A program made the translations under genes and the position numbers. From Vicugna vicugna (lineage: Eukaryota), in the NCBI GenBank assembly GCA_013265495.1, contig MU058584.1, forward strand, positions 2,265,599 through 2,329,598: DNA of 64,000 nucleotides. The letters are read 5' to 3'. The notes beneath the pieces are model-generated. The model saw only the letters and a program-made list of their open reading frames with translations, did no database searches and was not told where the DNA came from. Of the stretch, positions 22,612-35,500 are shown in pieces. Positions within the stretch are counted from its first letter, which is position 1. Each line of letters opens with the position of its first letter.

Positions 22612-25600
22612 GTAGGAAACTCAACAGAAAGAGTTCTGAAGCAGCAACATCTTCTGGTTAGGCAGTGCTTTTCCACCGCAGGATGTAATTTGCAGTGGAT
22701 TCGCTCGACCAAAATTCTTTGCCATAAGACCTTGGGGGTTCAGCGATGCAAAAAACAAAATTTTTTTTTAATTAGGAAAAGTCTGTATTAAAAGAGCACA
22801 TGATGGTTTAAAAATCACTTCAGACATTTTAAATCCTAGCCAAAGATGCAACGCCGTGGGCCCACTCTGACCAGCCACTCTGGAAGTGTGCTTGTGGATG
22901 GAGCCATAGAGGATGTCGGCTGGGAAAATAAATTTGAGAGGGCTTGGCAGAGAGCGTGTTGGTGGAACTCACAACAGGGCTGGAAGGGACAGGCCGTGGC
23001 CCATTTTGCGGAGTGCTAGCTCACTTGGGTGCAGAGAGTGACTTTTGGTATCAAGATCACATATCAATTTTTTAAAAGCTGTATTAGAAACTGGACATGT
23101 GCCTTGGAGTACGGCCCCTGAACAGCACTGCCAACCTTACACCCCGAGGCGGCTGGCGTGGTGGGGCGGGTCTTTGCAGCCCTGCGCACTCTTTGGGGTG
23201 GAGCTATTAGAATGAGGTTTGAAAGGCCAGTTGGAGGGCTCCAGGGCTGACAACAGGGCTGGCTGGAAATCTGAGCAGAGCTGGCAGGACTCAGCACGGA
23301 GGCAGCCCCTGAGTGCACACCGGGCTCCAGATAAGTGGTGGGGCCTGTCAGAGCAGGAGGTGTCTGCTGACTCAGACCCAGGGAGGCGTTTCGTTCTCAG
23401 AGTGTCTGATTTCTCAGATCTGATCACATCCAGTTCTGGGCTTCGGCCCTAACTGTTCCTTGGCTAGCCAAATTAATGTCAGGTCCGATCAGCTTAACTC
23501 GTCACCAGGGCATTCTTGGTAGAGCTTGGTTCCTTCTTGCCTTTGGTGTCTCTGTCCCTCTAAGAACAGTGCCTCTCAGCTTTCGTGCTGGCGGCACAAT
23601 TTTGAGTCCTAGAATTATTTTGGTTGCATCTTGGGATGAATTTAAGCTCTTGGAGGGTCTTTACCACGTGCCATTCATTGAGTAAGAGCTCCTTTCTTCC
23701 TTGACCCAGCTCTTGAATGCAGGCACCACACGCAGCCTTTGCAACAATGCTGGTTCTTATCTCTTACTCCCAGCGGATGGATTGCACCCTGATAGATGGA
23801 ATTAGGGGACCCACTCGGCTCGGCCTTCACTTACAGGCATGGATGACACGTGTATCTCCTGTGTATGGGAAGTTACGCTGGAGTCCGTTCAATTGCTTTA
23901 AAAATTAGCTTTATGCACTTATCAGTTGTTGGAGAATCTGACAGTTTGGGCTTCAAAATCTCCCAGAGACCATGGAGTTCGAGCTGTCTGCTGCAGGGTT
24001 TCCATGCTGTGATTAAGGGTGGAGTATGCTTTGTGGGGGTGGGGGAGTGTCCTAAGGGTTAAGACAGTGAGGAACTGGACGGGACCGGCAGAACGGGTGA
24101 TCCAGGCACATCGTTTTATAACCTTTAACTGCGCCTCCCCCCATCTCGCTGGTCGTGGCTCCTTCCTTCCCTGTGGATTATCTCTAGCGTGCGTTCATGT
24201 CATCACTATGAGACACCTGCTAAGTGTCCGGGAAAGAATTAGGTGTTGGAACGGCATCAAAAAGCAGGCGCTGGAAAGAATTAGTTGAGGCAAGATTGGA
24301 CCACAGAGAAGCAAGTGGTCGAGGCCACCCTTGAGCGGTGAGCGCAGGTGAGCGGCATCTTTCAGTGTCGTCGCAGCGGACCCACCTCAAGAGGAAGGAA
24401 AGTCGGGATTTTTCTAGTATCCCTCATCCTCATGGGGGCGATTTCCTAAAATGTTATCTCCACTTTGGATTCTTCAAGCTTTAAGAAATATGAATAGGAG
24501 AAAAGACTGGATGGCGAGACAGACAAGGGCTTTCAAAGGGGGCTGTGATTCTTTGTCCTGGAGAAGAGAAGGCTCCTGGCTTGTTGACCTGTTTTACACA
24601 GAGGCCTGCTATGAAGAGGATGTTAAGAAAAGTTCATCACAGAGAAGTGGCAGAGCAAGAGAAGATGCACTTAAAGTAAAATACTTTCCTTTGTAAGTCA
24701 GGTCCAGGGTCCTTTGGGAAGCGTCAAAAAATTCAGAGGTCATGGTGTGTCCTCTTGTGGAATTTACTTAAGAGCTTTTCAGAGGCGTATCGTTAAATGC
24801 TGGCCTCTCAGGTGGGAGGCGACGTCTCCGTGGTGGGAGGTAGGAAAGGCAGCTCCTATCTGGTTTGGGCTGACCTGGTATCTTCAAAGGAGGATGGGAT
24901 TCTTAAATTACTGACTTGGATTCTCGAGGCCCAGTACAGATTACGTGGTGACGTCCACGTCAGCCGTGTCCCCTCCCCGGGCCCCAGTGAGTTGCAGACA
25001 CCACGCCGTAGCTGTCAGCGTGGTTAGGGACCAGGGGCTGTGTGCGCAGACACTGCCAAAGAGTCTTCTGTGGCCGAGCGAGGGAGAATTTCACCCTTGG
25101 TTATGATTAAGAGGGATATTATCTTTTTAATGGACCTGAAAAATCTGTTCCAATGCAGTTAACTTCAAGACTTTCCAAAGGCTGGAAGGAGTAGAAAGAA
25201 GATGTGGGCATCAGCTCTAATCTAATTTTTCTCCCATAATACTCGCTTTCCCCCATTTCCCAGTTGCCGTCTCCCCGCGTAATTACCATCGCGAGCATCT
25301 CGCGTCCGTCCCCTGTAGGCACGCCACGTTGCGCCAACAACCCGTGGCCCAGCAGGCGGATACAGTATCCTTTGCCAGTTTCGATCAGGACTTGATTACA
25401 CTTCACGGCTGTAATTCAGACCTGCTAATCCTCCTCCACGTTAGGAAAAGAGGCCTGTGCTATTAGATAAGCTGATTACTGTCTGGTGTGTGCTTCGTGC
25501 CTTGCAAGGGCTGTTTCTGTGTGGAATGACTGCTGGTTGGCGTCTGCGCTTTACTTGCTGCCCTGGGGAGGCTTGCCCTGGGGTCGGGGGGAGGGGGTCA

Positions 25601-26569
25601 GGCTCCACCTCAGATCTGGGAGGGGTGAGACGTGGAGTCTTGATGACAAGCTGCTTTCCCTCCACCTCTGTGCCCCGTGGCTCAATATTTACTTCTCTTC
25701 TGTGTTAACGGAAGGAACTGGATAAGATTATGAGTCTGAGACTTGTGCCCCCAGGGCTCACCATCAAAGATCAAGAGTGAGAGATCTCTGCCCCGGCCTT
25801 GCCATGCTCCGAGGGCTGTAGGGCCGTCCCAGCGGTGGGGGGTCTGGAGGGCCCAGGGAGGGAGGAATACAGTGGGACAAAGTTGAGTGTGCGGTGAACT
25901 CAACAGCCACAGACTGAAGAGGGGGCGGACCGCAGAGCTGGGATGCTGCGGACACCGTTGGAAGGCGTTCCACATTCAGAGATATTTCCTTCAAAGCCGC
26001 AAAAGCCCTGAAACCATGTCGGTCTCTCCCTCGCAGCCCATCTCTAGTCTGGTGTGCAGCCTGTGGCTTGGGTGCAGGCTGTGACAGCCCGACTCCTCAC
26101 GGAGGAGGAAATGCGTACATTACGATCAGCCTGGGGAAGCGGGCGTGATTGATGCTGGCCGCACCCTTGGGAGCCCCCTCCCTTCACTGAAGCAGCTCTT
26201 CAGGGAAAGAGGGTGGGGTGTCCTGTCCCCAAACGCGGAGCTGAGATTCTGCCTAGTGGTGGCTCTGCATAAGCCCCACGAGCAGATGATGCGTTGAGCG
26301 GCGCAGGGATGAGGGGAGGCTGGCATGGCTACAGGTGGACACGAGCACCTGGTCCCTGGCCTCGGCTCATCTCTGCACCAGCACATGTTGATGTCTGCTT
26401 GTGTCCTGGAACATGTGACAGCCGTCGCAGGAGTAAGGAAATGAGGATGACTGTCAACACGCGTAATTGTGATCGTACCACAAGCAGAAGCCTTTTGGAG
26501 GGTAAACTTCTTCCACACCGTGGTGGTGTAATGATCTCTTTATTTGCCTGCTTTTCTCGATGAGGCCAT

Positions 26570-26680
26570 CCATTCCTTTAGGGCAGGCGTTTTGTCTTCT
26601 ATTGCTGTGTCTCTTGTACACATCCTACCACCTGGCACATGGTAAGCACTCAAAGACTGATTCTGATATAATGAATGGGT
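26570..26680 (+). mobile_element. LINE-2 3' end
   Basis: AGGGCAGG...TTTTGTC...TGCTGTGTCTC...CCTGGCACATGGTAAGCACTCAAA...AATGAATG. Confidence 0.65.
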
Positions 26681-29600
26681 AACCTAACTAACAGATTACC
26701 GAGAAGGGTCCTACCCAAGAGTGAATGTAAGTGTAAACTGCTGGCTACTTACGGTGGCTCACCACACATGTCTTCCCTCTCGTGTGCCTCTCCTGCTGTC
26801 CCCTCCATGAAGCAGAGGCTCCAGATCCCCAGGGATGTGGATGTTCCTTCAGTATAAAGGGCGTGGCCGGCTAAAGGCAGGACAGCGACACTGCGAAGCC
26901 CAGTAGCGTGGTAGGAAGGGCACTGGGACGTGTGATTTAGAAGGAAGGGCCACCGTGTTATGTCCTAACTGCTGGGCACCTGGCCTCTGTAATGCTTCTG
27001 GATGCACAGACATCTTGAGAGTTATTTTACCTCCCTCTTTTCTTCTGCCTGTTTATTAACACCATTTTGCTATCTCGGTCCTCTTGCCCCCCACCCCTCC
27101 TTAAACTCTCCTTCCTCCCATGTTACCTTTTCCAGGGGAATCAGTGTCTTTTAGAGATCAGGATATTCTCCAAGTGGATACACTGTAACCCCAGGGAGAC
27201 TTCTTTTTCTTTGGAACATGATACTCCCAGGAAAAAAATCCCAAAGGAACCACACAGAGGGCTGGTGCACAGTAAAACAGAGCGATGGGAAGCGATTGCA
27301 AAGTTTTAAGCCTGATTTGAGCAATGAAGGATTTCTTTGACGTGCATTAGCTTTCTTTTCTTTTATTTTAAGGGATGATAAACGTATGCATTTCATATAC
27401 ATTGTATGTATGACTTGAACTTGTAAATTGCAGTTAAAACTTAAGAAGGGGTGAATACAGGAGATCCCAGGGTTGTACGTTCCTGGTTCTCTGTGTTTGT
27501 GAGAGAGAGAGAGTCGGGGTGCTGTCACTCAGATGATGGAGGGGTAATTAATGGAGCCTTTCCCCTTCTATGCATGAACTGAATAAATGGTTGGCTATCG
27601 AGAGAATGATTGTCTGGGGAAACCGTATCTTGAAATTCATGTTAGCATCTTTGAGATAATCTCAGGATTATTTTAGAGCGAAGAAAGGAATAGTGATACT
27701 TCATCCCAGAGACTCTGTCTCTGACCACAGAGCTAACTGTGAGCATTTTCTCATAGGACGGAAGTACAGACGATCGCTTTTTGAGAGTCTGGGGTCCTAC
27801 CAAACACAGAGCCGCGCTACTAGCAGTAAGGCAGAGGGCAATTAAGAAGACCCTTGCTTTTTACTCTTTTTATTCTGTTCTTTCCATGCCTGTCACTCAA
27901 AGGCTGGATAACTGCCTCATCGTCCATGTGCTGCTGCTGTCCCGAGTTTTAAGACCAGCAGCGTTGTTTGAACGCCTAAAGTAGAAATCTCTAGGTCCAT
28001 ACCAAAGTCGGTTCCCTGGGATCCTCTCTGGAAGAGGAAAGAGGACCAACCACATATGCTTAATTTGCATTGGTTGACAGAATTTTAAAATTAACTATTT
28101 TTTTTCCTAATGTCGTGGTTCCATCACAGGTTTCAGATGATGTTTGAAGATCAGGATAGGCTGACATCATTCCCTAACCTTTTTTTTTTTTTTTTGGCAA
28201 AAGGAATATATTTTATATATACATTCCATCATCTTTTTTTGCATTTTTTTTACATTTTTATTTTGGTTTTACCCCCCACATTCATACCCCATGTTATAAA
28301 CATGAATAGAACGGTCTCAGTCTTCAAAAATGAAGAGAAGAGTGCATTTAACCATCTTGAGCGAAGTGCTAGGTGCTTCTTTACTGAAGGACTTCGGAGC
28401 ATCTTTCTCCTCACTCTTCTATGCGCCCAGGTGTCGTTTTGGTAGGATTTGGAGGCAGGGAGGTGGCCCTACAGTTCCGGTTTGCAAATTGAGAACAGAA
28501 CCTGGAACAGAACCAGAACCTGGCGCCTTCTACTGCGTGACTCCAAGCCTTGGAACCAAGGTCACGTACCAGCAACCCAGGGCCGTGCATTAGCAAACAG
28601 AGCAACAGCGCAGTGACTTAAATTTCACTTCCACAACTCCTGTCACGGGAAGTGAAGACAAACTCAGCTTTTAAAAAAAAAAAAAGTTTGCACAACTGCA
28701 AACAGCTGGGTTGGTCTGTAAACAACTCTATGACTTCTTGGTTTACTTTAAGACATCATAGGGCAGAGGGTGTTGGGAAAACCACATGTGTGTTAGTAGT
28801 GGTTTTTCTTGGTTTAGACGAGTTCAGGAGAGCAGAGGAATGAAATTCTGCAAAAGGCAGCCCGGAAGTTCACATTGGCTTCTCAGTTGTGAAAATTGCC
28901 AGCTGCTAATTCAGGCCCTCGTGTCCTGGTCAGCCCTGGGCTTGCTCCTGAGCGCTGGCCCTTGCTCGCCGCTAGCCTGGCTGAGATCGGAGGCATCTGT
29001 GATGTAGAGGGAAGACCTTGAAAGTGAGTCGATCGCACGACTAGTTGTGTGCCTGTGAGCCCCTCTGAATCCTCTGTGCTTCCGTTGCCTCCTTGGAATA
29101 AAAGGGTTAATAATACCCACAAGATTCAGGTAAGGGTACAAGCAAGTGAGCTTATTTTTACGGACTGATTTGTAAAGCCTCATTCCCGCATGAGAACGTA
29201 CCCCCACTTCCACGGCTCCCCCACCACTAGTCCACACACCTATCCCATCCACTTCACTTTGTGTTACTGGTGGTGCCTCTCCTTGCCCCACCATGCTGCA
29301 GACTCCTCTGTGGTCGAGTTTCCCCAGCTGAAACAGAGGACCCAGCAGGGAGCAGACGCACAGCAGGTGTTTATTGAATGGCTGGTTGACCGTGAGACCA
29401 GCCTGGGTCCTTGTCGGGACGGCAGCGTTGGTGAAATTACGCAGGCCGGCCACGCTTCGTGCAGACTGAGAGGTTTTTATTTTAACGGCGCTGAGAGGCT
29501 GTCACTAAACGTAAGCAGACGTAGCCGATCTGGCCGAGTCAGGGTGCCGTGAGAACGCAGGCAGCCCCAGAAGAGAAGAGCACGTTGGCTGCTGAGATGA

Positions 29601-31287
29601 CCGTGTGTCTGTTACCCTGAAGAGCATGAGCCCCTGCAGAGACCTCTGATGAAGTGGGGACAGCTGGGGTCTCCTGTCCGGCTTGTCCTGCATGGGACTT
29701 GCTGGGCTGTGACCTCAGTGAGATAGATGTGGCTTGCCAGGGCCTCTCCCTTGAGGCAGAGGCGGCCCGGTGATGTACCATCAGCAAGGGGCCTGAAAAG
29801 GGCCAGGGTAGCATCCGCCTGGTGGAGCGGTTGTGGACCTTCCACACCTCATAGGCTCGAGAGAGATTTTGTGGATTGGAGTGATGTCAGCTCACTCAGT
29901 GGAGAAGGAGAAAACAGGATACTTCTTCAAATAAATATAGAAAGAAGCACAGTAAATAATGTCCAGCCTCAGGGAGGCAGATCTTTAAAGGAAAATTATG
30001 ATCCCCCGTCATCTGTCTCCCTGTCACCCATTGATGTATTTAGCCAGCGCCTCGTGGTGCTAAGTGCTTTGCGATGCTGATGGTCATGATGACCACCGTC
30101 CCTCCCCCTGGGTGAGAGTCCTTGGTGAGGGGCTCCACCTCTAGTGCACAGAAAGAAGGAACCAGCCAGCACACTCTTCTCTCCCCGACGTCCTGATTTT
30201 ACAAGGATGTGGACGCGAGCAGAGGCAGCAACAAGAAAAAGCCCAACTGAAAATCAGAGCCTAATCGCTCCCATCTGCTCCAGTGTTGCTTCCCCTCGCT
30301 GCCTGCCAGGATGTTTGCCGCAGACGCTAAGTAGCACATTATTTTCCATCAGTTGCAATCATTTACTTGAAATCTACTTCTCCTTTAAGATGTCCCCCTA
30401 GAAACTTGAATCGGCATTGGAGAAGGCCTGCTCAGGATGGAATTTGAATGCTTGCACTCAAGTGCGAGGAAAGTTAAGCCTGCTTGACCACCAGGGGTTT
30501 GTGTATTCAAGATCTGAGCCACATGGACTCTGCTGGGAAGAGAGGACCCCATGGAGGACAGCCCAGGAGCTCAGAGCCACCATGTAGCGCACCTTCCAAG
30601 GACAGGCGTAGGCGTTGAGATGGGAGAGACTGGACATGATGGACTCCTCCCCAAAGCAGAAAGGTCGCACTTCCCTTAAGACATCAAGCCGAGACCTTTC
30701 TTGGTCCCTGTGAGATGTTTCTCTTTTATTCTGAGACTGGGATAGAGAAGACGGAAGGTGTGTTTTGCAAGCTAGAGCTCATAATCTCAAACACCATCCT
30801 CGCCTTCCACCACCACAACCAGCATTTCTTATTTAGCACCTCTTACCCAAGGTGAGAATCTAGACATTGTTAGCATCCTGTCCTGCCTTCCAACCTTCCT
30901 TGTCAGTCACAGGCTGAGTGCTCTCAGAGGCTGCTCAGAAATTCTGGAGAAGCGGCAAACGCCTCTTGCTCCTGCTGGAGCCTCTGCCTGCAGATTCTGC
31001 AGCCCCTGGTGTCTGGGAATGACACGGGTGGCTCGTTAGCAGCCAGATGTGTCCTTGGGGTGGCTTTTGTGACGAGTGGCGATGCATCATCCACACGCAT
31101 TCCCCGAAGGACCCTGACCGACCTCGTGTGCTTTTGTGAGAGGACCGTCTGGGGTCACAGGTGGTGTTTGTGGTCATGGAAAAAGGAAAGCTAATTGGCA
31201 TGTGTTTTGAAATGAACCTGGGATGCCCGGAAATAGAACCAGTGTCCTTCTGCTGGGGAATTTCTGCCACCACCAAAGTGAGCCGGA

Positions 31288-31427
31288 GGGGTGGGGGTAG
31301 ATCTCAGTGGCAGAGCACGTGCTTAGCCTGCACGAGGTCCTGGGTTCAATCCCCAGCACCTCCATTAAAATAAATAAATAATTATATGGAGATGGATATA
31401 TTTTTTTAAAAAAAAGAAAGAAAGAAA
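31288..31427 (+). mobile_element. tRNA-derived SINE, camelid Vic-1-like
   Basis: GGGGTGGGGGTAGATCTCAGTGGCAGAGCACGTGCTTAGCCTGCACGAGGTCCTGGGTTCAATCCCCAGCACCTCC, with an A-box-like segment, the B box GGTTCAATCCC and a (TAAA)n/A-rich tail. Confidence 0.85.
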
Positions 31428-32107
31428 GTGCCAGAGTGGAGGTAATTTCTTCTCTAGATGGGCTGCTTCGGGCTTTCTCTTTCCCGCCTCCTGTGTCCCC
31501 TTCCAGTCCCCCGGAACTGGCAGCTTCAGCAGGCTGGGTAGAGCACAGACCTGATTTTACCATAAGGCAAAGGAACATTCCAGTCCAAGCCGTGTGTAGG
31601 GGGGCAGGTGATGGCAGCCCAAAGTCACCTGTCAGAACTCGGCCTCGTGGATTGCTCCTGCTCTTCCGTTTGCCTCTGCGATTCCAGCTTATCCTGCCTT
31701 AGCGTTCCTCTGGTCAGGACGGACTCTCCTCCTTGCCTCCTTCATCACGGAGGTGGCGGTGTGGTCTTTGCTGGTTTCCACATGCAGTCACCCCTCCCCA
31801 CCCCGACCAGGAGGCCCCTCCTTCCCCCCAGCCTTCCCAGACCTTCTTCCACTTCTGCTAATAGCCTGGGTGGTGCCCGAGAGCGGCCCCTCTAATGACC
31901 AAGCCTTTTCCTATCTGTTCTAAACCTCCTCTTTTTTTGCAGGAAGAACTTCTCCCCCGTGGCTGCTCAGGTTTTTCTGTGACTTGCCTCTGGTTATTAA
32001 ATCTGCCTCTTTCTAATTTCCTCTGTAACACTCCTACCAACATGAAATCACTCTGCCTTCTAGAATTCTTTCTGTCTTGTTTTCTTTCTTTTTTTTTTTT
32101 AATAGCT

Positions 32108-32545
32108 TGTATTAGCTTAGACTGGTTAAGCTGCCAAACACAAATAAAACAAAACAAAATCCTCTCCGAGCCCCAAAATAACTTGCTTAAACAAAATACA
32201 GGTTTATGTTTCTCTTACTTTCATAGAGCCTGAAGGTGACCATCAGACTGGTCTCTAGGTCATGACAGCTTCTATCTGGTTTCTCTCCCCAGTGCGGCTT
32301 CCATTCCCCAGGTCAGCTCATGGACCAGGGTGGCTGCTAGAGCCCCAGCCATTATATGCATGTTCCAGCCAGCGAAAGGAAAGGAGAGAAGGGCAAGAGA
32401 GGCATTCCTTCTTTTTAAGGACATTCCTAGGCGTTTTACATCTTACTTCCACTCAGCTATCACTCACTGGAGTTTTGTCACAGGAGACATGACCAATCTA
32501 GCTGCAAGGGAAGCTGGAAAGTGTCTTTCCTCCCAGTGACCATGA
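32108..32545 (-). mobile_element. MLT1-family (MaLR) solo LTR
   Basis: TGTATTAG start; GCTTAAACAAAATACAGGTTTATGTTTCTCT; TGGCTGCTAGAGCCCCAGCCAT; CTAGCTGCAAGGGAAGCTGGAAAGTG. Confidence 0.7.
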
Positions 32546-35500
32546 ACGTAACTAGAAATCAATATTCTGTGTCCCTGGAGAAGGACGCACTGGAAGAAAC
32601 CAGCAGGTCATTCTTTTCCTTCATCTTTATACCAAAACTCTCTTTCCTAGCTGTGCCCTCTCCTCGGTTGCTTACAGGAGAGGAACACATGCTCCATCGT
32701 ATCTCTTATCTCAACATAGGTATCAGCAGAGTTAGTGCACACCTCTACATGGAATGACCTTACGTTTAGCAGTGTTAGTCATTGTGGTAACGGCAGTCCT
32801 GACAGTCAGCGAGTCCTTTCTTGCCGTGTTAGGGAAAATCCCGCTTGCCCTTTTCCTCTCCCACTCGTCACTTTTCCATCCTCTTTTAGATTCAAAGGAA
32901 TTGTGTTTCTAACAGAGGGAGAGGTGGAAGGACCAGGTGAAAGATGTTGAAGGGATGGAGGGACCCACAATGTGGCACCTCGTTTTCTGAGTCTAGACCC
33001 TCCTGCATGGCATTTGCTGTGTGATGACTGTAGTGTCATCCATCTGTCTGTCCTTGGTCTGTACACCTCTGTCCGTGGTGGTCACCTGGCAGAGGTATCC
33101 ATTTCCCTCCAGTTGGCAAGGAGGCCTCCTCCAGCGGAATGAAGGTGCAGTGTTCATGGTAGTGTCTTCTGTGATTTGCGGAATTGGGAAAAATCGTGGA
33201 GCGGGTTAAGACTAAATTCTCACCGTCTTCTGCAAGGACCCCTCAAGATCATGAGCACATCGTATTAGGAACCCTGCCCTTGAGTCATTCTGTGGTTTTC
33301 AAAAACTGGAAAGATTTTTGTGGACTCCAAATGCTCTATTTCCAACTTAGTTCTGAATAATTGTTTGGGAGGTTGGAGAAAAAGAAAACAGTTCTGCTAG
33401 GACTGAGCTTGAAATTATGTACAAGAAAATTCTGCTAGTCACTAGGAGCCAGAAAGGCCTTTTTAGTCCTAAGGCAGTGGAATGATGTCAAGACGGGAAG
33501 ACCACGCATGATACAAACGTGACAATCACCAATTATTTCAGTATTTTGAGGGTGGCGTTTCTCTGTGCCCCAGCAGAGAAGGATGAGGGTGAAGTTGGAA
33601 CCCCACCCCAAACTCGAAACTGAAACGTGCTTCCTCAAACCTGGATCATTAGTACAGTCCTTGTTCCTTCCTGGTTATAATTTTACTTTGTAATGGAAAT
33701 TTGAAAGCAGTCATTAAAGATAACTTCCAGGGGGGCTCGTCTGACACAAGGTGAGATTGCTTCAGGGCCGAGTGCTTCCCAGAACGGTCTTTTCAGCCTT
33801 CTAGAAGGACTGCGTCTTCCAGTGTGAGCTCCGCCGGGTCAGGAAGACAGGGTTGCTTTCTGGCTCAGGGAGACTGAAGCTGGGGGCTCTTGTAAAGAGG
33901 GGACACGTCCGGCTTCAGAGGAAGCAGGATTCTTAATTTACCTGGGAGAAGAGCAGCAAGAAAGAAACACAAAGAAGGGCAAAGAGGAGAAACAAGAAGA
34001 GGATTTGACATGTATTCTGGGAGCGGAGGATCGATGTCCTGGCCTTGATGGTGTCAGTCTGAGCTCGCCCGGAATCTCAGCGCGGTGAGGTAGGGTGTGC
34101 ATGCGGCGTGCGTGTCTGTACACCCACTGACTTAGCCCGGCTCCTTCTGTGTTGCTGATTCCTAACATGACAAAACGCAACTCTTCACTCTAAATCTGTC
34201 TTGCGTTCTTATTCTTCCCAAAGGGGTCTTTATCGATGGGATTGATTTAGATTTAACCAACAAAAGAAAACCTACCAGTTACCAAGCCACAGACGTGTGC
34301 TTTTGTGAAAATAGCCTTATTTAATCCTTTAATAAGAATTATGGCATGGTCAACATTATTATTGATGATTGGGTGGTCAGGAAACTGAGCTTAGGGAATT
34401 CCAGGTCACACGGTGGGAGTCTTGTGCCTGGCTTGGTACCTGTGTTCTTCCTTTGTGCCATGTTATGGAGCCAACAGAAGAGAATCTGGGCCCACCCTGG
34501 CAGTTTTGGAGGACACTGAATCACGACGGGAAAGGAAATCTGTCGTGTCTTCGCACTTGCACAATATGCTAGGTGTCTAATCGAGACACCAAGCTACAGA
34601 ACATTTTCATCTTAAGGCAAGAGAATAGTGAGAAATTTCTCTTACCTTCTCTGTGGTCACTTCCTTTAGGAACTGCCACTGCAGAGAGAAGATTGCCTCT
34701 CCAGGCATTGCACAATAAATCGCCACCCAGCGGCTCTACATTTTTCATGCTTTTTTATCTACAGCTTAGTAGGAAACTGTTTCTTGCCTCATGGGCTACA
34801 AAGTGCCGTCTGGGCCTCCCACACCCTGCACTGGGCCTCCCCCAGAGCTTTCCTTCTTCCCTCGTACGCCTGCACATGGCAGTCAGAGGCCGAGGCCGTT
34901 GGGAAGTCAAGCCCTCCTCCCAACTTCTGCAGCATCTCCTTAGGCCTAGAGCTTCCCTGAGCAGCCGTCCAGGCTTGAGCTATTAAGGACCAGTGCCCCC
35001 TTGCCCAGGCAGCCAGCGCCTATCCAGGCGGGCAGGGGCCTGCTGTCCTCCAGCGGGCCCAGGGGGCTGTGTGTGCCACGCAGGGGATATGTGGACGGGA
35101 TCTGTGCCCAAGCGTTTACTGAGAAGTGGAAAATGCGTGTGCCCAGAGCCACTGAAGCCTGGCCCAGAAAAGGGATGACAGGGAAATTGTGGTATGTTTC
35201 TCTAAAGAAAACCCAAAAATATAAGCAACAACAACAGCAAAAAAAAAAAAAAAAATCCTAAAACCATCTCAAGAGTGTCATGTATTTGTATTTTCACGTC
35301 CTGCCCTATAATTTCTCACAAAGCCCTGGGGCTGGTAAATGTGGAGAAATGAGCGTATCACTAAGGTCCTTGCTGGACCGCATTTTACTTAGAAACTCAG
35401 TACAGTGCCTGGCACCATAGAAGATGCTCAGTAAATATTTGTGGGATGTGATGCTTGAGGAATCTCAGAGTCTTGCTGTTGACTGACTGAAGCCCTCAAG

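Noticed and set aside
31288..31362. Functional tRNA gene
   Set aside because: The stems are degenerate and an A-rich retroposon tail follows, so it is a tRNA-derived SINE head.
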